Positions 44,770 to 51,626 of a stretch of 52,202 nt of DNA are shown piece after piece. The stretch is from a phage, in the NCBI GenBank assembly GCA_028524385.1, contig GCA_028524385.1_3661.2; one strand, 5' to 3'. A program made the translations under genes and the position numbers. Numbering within the stretch: the stretch's first letter is position 1; each line of letters starts with the position of its first letter. The notes beneath the pieces are model-generated. The model saw only the letters and a program-made list of their open reading frames with translations. It had not been told where the DNA came from and ran no database searches.

Positions 44770-45150
44770 ATGAAAAACACTACCAAAGCTATTGACACCG
44801 TTATGTTTAACCTGGTTACCTTTCGCGAGGATATGAAAGATCTTCCACGTGAAACAGTGAGTGATCACATTGAAAACTATCGCAAACTAATCAAAGAGTT
44901 GCCTTTAAAACGTGACCAGTATGCGGCTAACGCTATGCTCAACGCCATGATCAAAAAGATGATCCAGTGTGATTTAACTCTGGCCTATGATTATGCAGGT
45001 GGTCGTTTTGCAGTATACAATCAGCCCGTGCCTGGTATGAGCACCACCGAAGAATTGCACGCGTTAAATCTAAAACAAGATGTATGGGATAACATGCCCC
45101 GCGTGGTGGTGTGGGCAGAAAGCGGAAAGATTTACGGCGATAATTTTTAA
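44770..45150 (+). CDS. hypothetical protein
   Basis: 126-aa ORF with SD agagga. Confidence 0.45.
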   Translation: MKNTTKAIDTVMFNLVTFREDMKDLPRETVSDHIENYRKLIKELPLKRDQYAANAMLNAMIKKMIQCDLTLAYDYAGGRFAVYNQPVPGMSTTEELHALNLKQDVWDNMPRVVVWAESGKIYGDNF

Positions 45151-45160
45151 TCAGGTAACA

Positions 45161-45186
45161 GGCGGCATATTTGCCGCCTTATTGTT
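45161..45186 (+). terminator. intrinsic terminator
   Basis: ggcggca-tatt-tgccgcc followed by ttattgtt. Confidence 0.6.
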
Positions 45187-45214
45187 AAACAGAACTGCAA
45201 AAGAGGTACATAGA

Positions 45215-45586
45215 ATGGAATTTATTATTTTGGCCGTATTAGTTGCCTTGTTTAACGCCTGGATCGCTGGCAAGATGGGTAGATCCGCCTTTTTATGGTT
45301 TATTATATCTATTTTCCTGGGGGTGGTTGCAACTATTGTACTTGTTATCCTTGCAATTGTTGACAAAGGCGATAATAGAAAGGGTAAAGTATTTTCCGAC
45401 CTGTATGACGCTCAAACTTTTGTTAACGCCTATTATAGTGATCTTCCGGTCTCCTTGCGCTGCAGCCTGGCGCAACAAGTTTTTGATGAAGCTAAAACCA
45501 GAGATCAAGCCCATGAGATATGTTTAACTGAGGCGGATCGCCTATTTGAGAGGAATAGAAAATATGTGGGCCAACCGTTTAAATAA
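45215..45586 (+). CDS. predicted membrane protein
   Basis: ATG 45215 with SD aagagg (track ORF 45080 start runs through the terminator); two hydrophobic segments (MEFIILAVLVALFNAWIAG..., FLWFIISIFLGVVATIVLVILAIV). Confidence 0.45.
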   Translation: MEFIILAVLVALFNAWIAGKMGRSAFLWFIISIFLGVVATIVLVILAIVDKGDNRKGKVFSDLYDAQTFVNAYYSDLPVSLRCSLAQQVFDEAKTRDQAHEICLTEADRLFERNRKYVGQPFK

Positions 45587-45809
45587 TGCCACGTTAATTA
45601 ATCCCTTTAGTGAAGATTTGAAGCCAGCCGCCTGGCGTGACGGATTCAATAACGAACGCTTTATTTTCAGGCCTGATCTTGAGGAATTTTATAACAATGG
45701 ATCGAACAACGACAGAGATAATTTTTCTTGTGATGTGCGTGGTGATGGTACTCCTGGGGGCCATTGTAAACCACGTCACTACTACCAGAAGGAAAGGGGG
45801 AGACGATGA
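45564..45809 (+). CDS. hypothetical protein
   Basis: ATG 45564 with SD gagagg (track start 45546 is TTG); overlaps upstream gene end. Confidence 0.35.
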   Translation: MWANRLNNATLINPFSEDLKPAAWRDGFNNERFIFRPDLEEFYNNGSNNDRDNFSCDVRGDGTPGGHCKPRHYYQKERGRR

Positions 45810-45925
45810 CAACCAAGGATAAGCCCAGCACCGATAAGGTGCGCCGGGTTATGGTATGGCTGGAGATCATCGCCCTTGAAATATTGTTAGGCGTAGGGAT
45901 GTACTTTATCGCTGTAAGTAACTAA
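45806..45925 (+). CDS. small hydrophobic peptide (39 aa, not in ORF track)
   Basis: ATG overlaps upstream stop (ATGA); SD aagggggag; MTTKDKPSTDKVRRVMVWLEIIALEILLGVGMYFIAVSN. Confidence 0.35.
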   Translation: MTTKDKPSTDKVRRVMVWLEIIALEILLGVGMYFIAVSN

Positions 45926-45930
45926 GAACG

Positions 45931-45958
45931 GCCCCCGATCATGGGGGCTTATCTTTTT
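45931..45958 (+). terminator. intrinsic terminator
   Basis: gccccc-gatcat-gggggc followed by ttatcttttt. Confidence 0.6.
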
Positions 45959-46068
45959 CAAAAAATTTTTCTTCCGGGGTGTTGCAATCTGGTCCGCAAT
46001 ATGGATAATAACAATCAACGGGGAAACATCCCCACCACACAAACAAAAGCCTGAAGAGGAGAAAGAAA

Positions 46069-46269
46069 ATGAGCAAGAATATTCGCGTTATCAATTTTAA
46101 AAAAGATGAAAAACTGGCTGTTCTGGTCGATGGTCAAGAAATCTTCAAGGGCGATTATGAAGATCATCAAACGGCGATTAGTATCACTCGCGTGATTGGT
46201 TACCATAATTTTTACCCCCAAGGCGCTGAGGCAGCGGTTAAACGAATCAAAGAGATTGTAGGCCTGTAA
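46069..46269 (+). CDS. hypothetical protein
   Basis: 66-aa ORF with SD gaggag, preceded by TATGGATAAT promoter-like box and 5' hairpin. Confidence 0.45.
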   Translation: MSKNIRVINFKKDEKLAVLVDGQEIFKGDYEDHQTAISITRVIGYHNFYPQGAEAAVKRIKEIVGL

Positions 46270-46317
46270 AATTTATTTTTAGATGGCCTTGACTCCAGGG
46301 CCATCAATAAAGTAAAT
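46270..46317. repeat. conserved 48-nt intergenic hairpin element, copy 3
   Basis: Identical core to copies at 41934 and 42554, again directly after a stop codon. Confidence 0.7.
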
Positions 46318-46362
46318 TTAAACCCTGTTAAAATACCACGCAGTTAACAAGGAGTGATAGAC

Positions 46363-46662
46363 ATGTTTATCCAGGCTAATAATCTTTATTTCTTTGATGG
46401 TCAGATCGTAGATGGTGTGGAAGTGGAGATCACCGGGTGCCCTGGCGGTCAGGCTATGACTTTTCGGAATAATGCCTTTGATGATTCTCATATCGTTATG
46501 AGAATGGAAGTTACGAAGCTGGACGATAAGAAAACACTCATTGACTATTCCGTGAAAGATCATCCAGACTACCACATGATTTATGGTGATTTGTGCATTG
46601 TTGACCGTGACAAGGTGGGCGGCATTGTGATCGCTATTGTGAACGATGTTTTCTCTGAATAA
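46363..46662 (+). CDS. hypothetical protein
   Basis: ATG 46363 with SD aaggag 8 nt upstream (track starts at GTG 46354). Confidence 0.45.
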   Translation: MFIQANNLYFFDGQIVDGVEVEITGCPGGQAMTFRNNAFDDSHIVMRMEVTKLDDKKTLIDYSVKDHPDYHMIYGDLCIVDRDKVGGIVIAIVNDVFSE

Positions 46663-46723
46663 TTCCGGCAAATGGTGCAAAATAAGGCCCCTAGCAGGGC
46701 CTGCAGCAATATAATCACATAAA

Positions 46724-46755
46724 GGCCATGCGGTTGCATGGCCTTTATTATTTTG
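46724..46755 (+). terminator. intrinsic terminator
   Basis: ggccatgc-ggtt-gcatggcc followed by tttattatttt. Confidence 0.65.
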
Positions 46756-46886
46756 GCGTTACAACGGCATACGGGGCGCTTAAAAAATTTTTAAAGAAGT
46801 ACTTGCATCATTCCCGACAATATGGATAATAAGAGTTGTCGAGGGGGAGGCCCCAATCATTAACCAGATAGATAGGAGTTAAAATC

Positions 46887-47171
46887 ATGGCTATTGTTAC
46901 CGCTGGCGATGTAGTAAAAATGGAAGCGAAGTATTTAAAAGCTGGTATGCATATCATCCGCAATGATCTTGAACTGGTCCTCACTATGGTTGATTATAAC
47001 TCCGGTCAAGATTATCCAAGTGTTGACTACTTTTTTGAGTATGTTGATGACGAATTGAAAGAAGAAGAAGCCTACCAGGGTGAATTCTGCAACTACTTTT
47101 GCCCGGATGAGGTTGTAAAAGTTATTTATCAACCTGGCGTACCTTTCCCGCTGCACGCTATCAATAAATAA
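46887..47171 (+). CDS. hypothetical protein
   Basis: 94-aa ORF with SD taggag. Confidence 0.45.
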   Translation: MAIVTAGDVVKMEAKYLKAGMHIIRNDLELVLTMVDYNSGQDYPSVDYFFEYVDDELKEEEAYQGEFCNYFCPDEVVKVIYQPGVPFPLHAINK

Positions 47172-47229
47172 ATAAACCTGGCGGGGCCGAAAAGGCCCCA
47201 ATTATGAAAATAAAGAGAGGTAAATCATC

Positions 47230-47463
47230 ATGATGGAACAAATTAAACGAGCCGAGGCTATTAATGGCAATGTGATCTATTTTGTTAGCAATAACGAGAA
47301 AGGCGTACCATATGCGGCGGTAATAGTACAGCCTGACGGTGATTATTGGTTTACTGTATACGGATCTTATTCTTTCGGGCGTCCGGTGCATGATAGAATT
47401 TTGAAAGTAGCGAACCCTACCGGGAAGAATATCACGGCAGAAAAATTTTTTGAAAATAGTTGA
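47230..47463 (+). CDS. hypothetical protein
   Basis: 77-aa ORF with SD agagagg, preceded by hairpin ggggcc-gaaaa-ggcccc. Confidence 0.45.
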   Translation: MMEQIKRAEAINGNVIYFVSNNEKGVPYAAVIVQPDGDYWFTVYGSYSFGRPVHDRILKVANPTGKNITAEKFFENS

Positions 47464-47487
47464 CATGACCATATAAGACTGTAATAT
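47460..47487 (+). promoter_or_regulatory. sigma70-type promoter
   Basis: TTGACA-16 nt-TAATAT; 5' hairpin ggggc-aacaa-gcccc at 47499-47513. Confidence 0.5.
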
Positions 47488-47535
47488 ATAAATCAAAGGG
47501 GGCAACAAGCCCCAACCACAAAGAGGATAAAAATC

Positions 47536-47724
47536 ATGGCTATTATTGCAAAGACTGAGATCGTGGGGTTAGATTCTATTCTCCTAGCATATGAGGAAGC
47601 TATAAAGATGTACGTGGTTTCCTATGGTGAATATATCCGTGAATATGAATCTATTGATCTGGCTTTTGAATGTTATATTCGCCAGGTAAATAAAGCATAT
47701 GATGATTATCGTTAAAATAGTTTG
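47536..47724 (+). CDS. small hypothetical protein (62 aa by my reading; absent from ORF track)
   Basis: ATG with SD aagagga downstream of promoter 47460. Not listed in the supplied track although above its apparent length cutoff, so my reading frame may contain an error. Confidence 0.3.
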
Positions 47725-47748
47725 ACAACATTTTCAAATAGTGTAAGA
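47721..47748 (+). promoter_or_regulatory. sigma70-type promoter
   Basis: TTGACA-16 nt-TAAGAT. Confidence 0.5.
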
Positions 47749-47786
47749 TGTATCACGTAGGGCGGCCTGGATTAGAGGATAATATA

Positions 47787-47933
47787 ATGAAAACTTTCAA
47801 CGCAACAGCCTCGACAATTGGTTATATTATTACAGTGCAAGCCGTGGATCTGGTAGCGGCAGCAAACAAGATTAAAAGAATGCTCCCGATAGGTAGTGAA
47901 TTTTCCGTTTGGGAAGTAAAAAATAAATCTTAA
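47787..47933 (+). CDS. small hypothetical protein
   Basis: ATG 47787 with SD gaggat (track starts at 47748). Confidence 0.4.
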   Translation: MKTFNATASTIGYIITVQAVDLVAAANKIKRMLPIGSEFSVWEVKNKS

Positions 47934-48013
47934 CGATAATTTGTTATCTGATAGAATGTATTTCGTAGGGCGGGGCAATAAGGCAACGCCCCCACATCGG
48001 AAAGGAAAAGATT

Positions 48014-48250
48014 ATGAGTATTGCAACAGTATTAACCGCCGTTAAAACCGCTGAATCATCCGGCTTGCATGTTGAGATTATAGATCAACCAGGTGGCGAT
48101 CTCCTTGTCCAGGTTTACCCGCCGAAAGTAGGGGATGATTATTATTGGTGCTATTCTGATACGTTCGAACAAGTAGACACGAAAGCGATCACGGCTTTTA
48201 TTTTAAAAGCTACTGAAGAAAATAACTTTCATTATAACATCAATCAATAA
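48014..48250 (+). CDS. hypothetical protein
   Basis: 78-aa ORF with SD aaaggaaaag, preceded by GC hairpin. Confidence 0.45.
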   Translation: MSIATVLTAVKTAESSGLHVEIIDQPGGDLLVQVYPPKVGDDYYWCYSDTFEQVDTKAITAFILKATEENNFHYNINQ

Positions 48251-48292
48251 ACCATAAGCGGGGCAGTAACGCCCATCAATGAGGGTAGAATC

Positions 48293-48397
48293 ATGTTAGA
48301 GAAAATTTTCACGGTTGTAATAGTGGGCCTGGTGTTATCGGTTGGAGTGGTTGCGACTCTGGCTAACATGATCCTATCTTCCAACGGTATCGGTTAA
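48293..48397 (+). CDS. small hydrophobic peptide (34 aa, not in ORF track)
   Basis: ATG with SD gagggtag; MLEKIFTVVIVGLVLSVGVVATLANMILSSNGIG. Confidence 0.3.
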   Translation: MLEKIFTVVIVGLVLSVGVVATLANMILSSNGIG

Positions 48398-48407
48398 GGT
48401 GTAACAA

Positions 48408-48623
48408 ATGATCACTAACAAAACAGGCAAAACAGAATTTTTACGCGGCTTGCAAATAGGTAAGCCTGAGATCTGGCATTGCACTAAAACACCACGTGAC
48501 GAAATGAAAGACTTCACCGCCACACTGCAACGGGTAAAGATATCCATCACGCAGAAAAAAGCCTTGATAGTGGTGGAAGGTGAGATCCCCCAAACCGTTG
48601 TTATAGTTGAGCGTACAGCATAG
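48408..48623 (+). CDS. hypothetical protein
   Basis: 71-aa ORF with SD aaggtg. Confidence 0.4.
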   Translation: MITNKTGKTEFLRGLQIGKPEIWHCTKTPRDEMKDFTATLQRVKISITQKKALIVVEGEIPQTVVIVERTA

Positions 48624-48714
48624 TTTAATTTATAGCGATACCTGAAAATTAACCAACAAAGCATAAACAGGCGGTTACCGCCGCCTTAAACGTAGCGGAA
48701 AGAGGCTAGACACA

Positions 48715-49005
48715 ATGAAAAAGATGATCGCAGTAGTTGCCCTGGTTGTTGGACTTAACGCACCTGTAATGGCTAAAGAGCTGGCAAAAGAGGTTGATCT
48801 AACGGATATCCATGCCGTCAATCAAATCGGGGTTACTTATCGCTTATGCCTTGCCGCTAAAACTTTTAATGACGGTACAACAGAGTACTACGGATTCGAG
48901 GGTATCCGGTGCGGTGAGCTTGCACGCGACCTTAAGGAAGATCCAGACCTGGAAGATCTGCCGATGACGGTAAACGGTAAAGCTTATGTAAACCGCCAAC
49001 AATAA
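48715..49005 (+). CDS. secreted / periplasmic hypothetical protein
   Basis: N-terminal signal peptide MKKMIAVVALVVGLNAPVMA; SD agaggc. Confidence 0.45.
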   Translation: MKKMIAVVALVVGLNAPVMAKELAKEVDLTDIHAVNQIGVTYRLCLAAKTFNDGTTEYYGFEGIRCGELARDLKEDPDLEDLPMTVNGKAYVNRQQ

Positions 49006-49021
49006 GTAAGGGCGATGTAAA

Positions 49022-49213
49022 ATGAATACTGAACAAGTCAGAAAGGTATTAGCAGTACTGCGTTATCATAATCATAGAAAGGTGATAGACGATCCTGATT
49101 ATGTAGATTCAAGCCTAGAAGAGGATACACTACAAGCCATAAGTAACATGCAAGAATTGCTAAAGCGCATGACAGAGAAAAACCGACCTGACTACATAGG
49201 CGAAAAAATATAA
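49022..49213 (+). CDS. hypothetical protein
   Basis: 63-aa ORF. Confidence 0.4.
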   Translation: MNTEQVRKVLAVLRYHNHRKVIDDPDYVDSSLEEDTLQAISNMQELLKRMTEKNRPDYIGEKI

Positions 49214-49227
49214 GATTTATAAACTAC

Positions 49228-49258
49228 AAAACAGGGCTTGCAATGGTCCTGTTTTTTG
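49228..49258 (+). terminator. intrinsic terminator
   Basis: acagggc-ttgcaatg-gtcctgt followed by tttttt. Confidence 0.65.
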
Positions 49259-49270
49259 TTATACTTGTTT

Positions 49271-49322
49271 CACGGCAGGCACCTGGCGACGGGGGGGGGG
49301 AGACAACCACCGGGCCTGCCTG
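49271..49322. repeat. GC-rich structured element E3 with G10 homopolymer
   Basis: cacggcaggcacctggcgac-G10-agacaaccaccgggcctgcctg; reverse complement matches E1/E2 cores; G10 at 49291-49300. Confidence 0.55.
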
Positions 49323-49345
49323 TCATATAAGAACTATAAAAACCG

Positions 49346-49374
49346 TTGACATCTGCCATGGGGTGGGGTAACAT
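49346..49374 (+). promoter_or_regulatory. sigma70-type promoter
   Basis: TTGACA-17 nt-TAACAT. Confidence 0.45.
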
Positions 49375-49428
49375 TTATCTTGAAGGGGCAAAAGTGCTCA
49401 CACAACAACCAGAAGAGAGGAAAACACC

Positions 49429-49701
49429 ATGTCAAGCTGGATTAATCAAGAAGTCGAATCACGTTTCAATGCTATTTGGGATCTCATCGAAAAAGAAGAC
49501 GGCACATCAAGCCCTTACCTCAATAATCTGGAATTTCATTTCGTGGAAGCAATGAACGCAGAATACAACCACAAAGGCGGTGCTGATGAGTTCGCCAGGG
49601 GATACGGATTCGATAACGCCAACCAAATGATCGAGGCGGTTGTTCTCCAGGCTGAAGAAGATTATCAATTAAAAACACTTGAGTTTTGCCGCCGGAAGTA
49701 A
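49429..49701 (+). CDS. hypothetical protein
   Basis: 90-aa ORF with SD agagagga. Confidence 0.45.
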   Translation: MSSWINQEVESRFNAIWDLIEKEDGTSSPYLNNLEFHFVEAMNAEYNHKGGADEFARGYGFDNANQMIEAVVLQAEEDYQLKTLEFCRRK

Positions 49702-49761
49702 TAAGATAATGACACGGGCCGAAAGGCCCACTAATCAAGACCACAAAGAGAGGAAAACATT

Positions 49762-50025
49762 ATGAAACGCATCGACCAACTTAAAGTAGTTCAACATATG
49801 GCTTACCGTATCCTTGAAGTTCAAAAAGGCAGCAAAAAAGAAGTTTGTGAAAAAGCTTATAAAATTTTCACCCGCAAAAAGGACGACTGGATGTTACGCC
49901 AGACTAAAAAGGACGATATCTTGGGATACCTGGAAGAAGAGATCCGCCTTGCCGAGCAAGAAGAGATCCGCCGTGATGAAGCAGAATATCAGGCAAGTTG
50001 GGAATACTGGATGAATAACAAGTAA
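49762..50025 (+). CDS. hypothetical protein
   Basis: 87-aa ORF with SD agagagga, preceded by GNRA-loop hairpin gggcc-gaaa-ggccc. Confidence 0.45.
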   Translation: MKRIDQLKVVQHMAYRILEVQKGSKKEVCEKAYKIFTRKKDDWMLRQTKKDDILGYLEEEIRLAEQEEIRRDEAEYQASWEYWMNNK

Positions 50026-50088
50026 TACAGCAAGCCATACAACCAGGGGCGAACGCCCCTTGATCCTGCAAAAATAATGCTATCCTTA

Positions 50089-50117
50089 TTGACAAGGATC
50101 GGCAGTTTTGCTATATT
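50089..50117 (+). promoter_or_regulatory. sigma70-type promoter with palindrome around -35
   Basis: TTGACA-17 nt-TATATT; arms atcctt / aaggat flank the -35 hexamer. Confidence 0.5.
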
Positions 50118-50164
50118 CTTTTTCAGAAGGAAGTTGTAAGAAAATTATCTAAGAGGTAAACACC

Positions 50165-50584
50165 ATGAATATTAAATCTAACAATCCCGCATACAGCTTT
50201 GATAACGCTTTTTGTCACGGCCCAGCCGCAAAAGGTTTTGAAATTGATGGTAAACTGGTTATTGTGAATGTTGACGGGGAAGAGGTTGCAGTATATCCGG
50301 TGGCAGACGTTAAAAGCCGTTTACAATGCCGCATTGATGTTACCGCATATCAGCTTGATCCGGTCCGCGTAGTTGCCCTGGTCCTGGAGGAAGAGATCAA
50401 AGCCATGCATCATAGCAACAAGTTTATCGGTGACGCGCAAGATAATATGAAGGTATGCCGCCATAAAGTTAACGAAGTTCTTAAAGAATACGGCTTCAAA
50501 GATCTGATGATCAAGCGTGATGAAAAATTCCGCTATCGTAATGACCTGGCAAATCGAATCTATCAAATATACGAATCATTATAA
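50165..50584 (+). CDS. hypothetical protein
   Basis: 139-aa ORF with SD agaggtaaa. Confidence 0.45.
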   Translation: MNIKSNNPAYSFDNAFCHGPAAKGFEIDGKLVIVNVDGEEVAVYPVADVKSRLQCRIDVTAYQLDPVRVVALVLEEEIKAMHHSNKFIGDAQDNMKVCRHKVNEVLKEYGFKDLMIKRDEKFRYRNDLANRIYQIYESL

Positions 50585-50602
50585 TTTCTTAACTAAACTA
50601 TC

Positions 50603-50630
50603 AGGGGCTTTAAAAGGCCCCTTTCTTTTT
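50603..50630 (+). terminator. intrinsic terminator
   Basis: aggggc-loop-gcccct followed by ttcttttt; last terminator before non-coding terminal region. Confidence 0.65.
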
Positions 50631-51238
50631 GTCTGTATTTCTCCTACCACAAACGGCCCCACCTGGCAAGTGGAATAATTGACTAGCCATCAATCCCACA
50701 CACTGTACAAACATACATATAAAATAGCTATTGCATAATCTTTCATTGTGTGGTAGCAGGGCCATTTTTACACGTTTTTCCTTCCAAAACTACATGTAAT
50801 TCCACTATTGCACAAAATTTAACCTTATGCACAATATCTCTTTCTTGTCAACAACTAAAAATCTTTATAAGTCATACACTTACATAACCACAAAAGCGTG
50901 TTCTACGTGAAAAATCGGGTATAACTATAGCCACTAAATTACAGAATTCACGTAGCGTCACCATTCTATAGTCTGCTAAGTATTTATTCCGACCATAGAA
51001 TAACGGAATAGTCAATACCTGCATAAAATAATTATTCGTGTAAACTGCATAACATAAATCGGCTCAGGTGTCAACATTTTTCGTAAACAGCCTGAAATTG
51101 TCACGGTAAGTTATTATAAGCATATAAATCTTTAGTCGTCTAATGTTTACTGTACATTACTATACTGACTGGAATCATTAGATGACTAAGAGAAAGATAA
51201 GAAATAATTAACAATACAATTATTTTATATGTAACAAT

Positions 51239-51415
51239 AAGGCAACTATGCAAACGAATGGCATGGCGCGACGGAGTCGCGACATAATATAAAAGCAGTA
51301 ACCATCACCCCCGTGATAGTTTGTCTGCAATCTATTATTCAGATCATAGTTGCCTTGTATTTAGTTAATCATGACATAACAAGCAAGGCAACTATAGATC
51401 TTATAATAGTTGCCC
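51239..51415. repeat. iteron cluster: AAGGCAACTAT in alternating orientation (4 copies)
   Basis: Copies at 51239-51249 (+), 51346-51356 (-), 51385-51395 (+), 51406-51415 (-); last two form ggcaactat-N12-atagttgcc inverted pair. Confidence 0.6.
51248..51267. repeat. 20-bp direct repeat, copy 1
   Basis: atgcaaacgaatggcatggc, repeated exactly at 51509..51528. Confidence 0.7.
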
Positions 51416-51508
51416 TGCTTTCATATTATGTCATAGAAACACCCGAAGGGGTGACCAAAGGTCACCTGGCATAGCCAGCGAAAGATTATTAACTTGTTAA
51501 TTATTGTC

Positions 51509-51528
51509 ATGCAAACGAATGGCATGGC
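51509..51528. repeat. 20-bp direct repeat, copy 2
   Basis: Exact copy of 51248..51267. Confidence 0.7.
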
Positions 51529-51569
51529 TTATCATATCTGTATAAATAGTTAGCTATGTAAACAGTCAG

Positions 51570-51626
51570 GCATGTCAATTATGTTCAGTGTGTCACCATT
51601 ATGTCATATTGTGTCAGTTATGTCAG
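51570..51626. repeat. helically phased TGTCA repeats
   Basis: T(A/G)TGTCA occurs 5-6 times at 9-11 bp spacing (about 51573, 51583, 51591, 51602, 51612, 51621). Confidence 0.55.
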
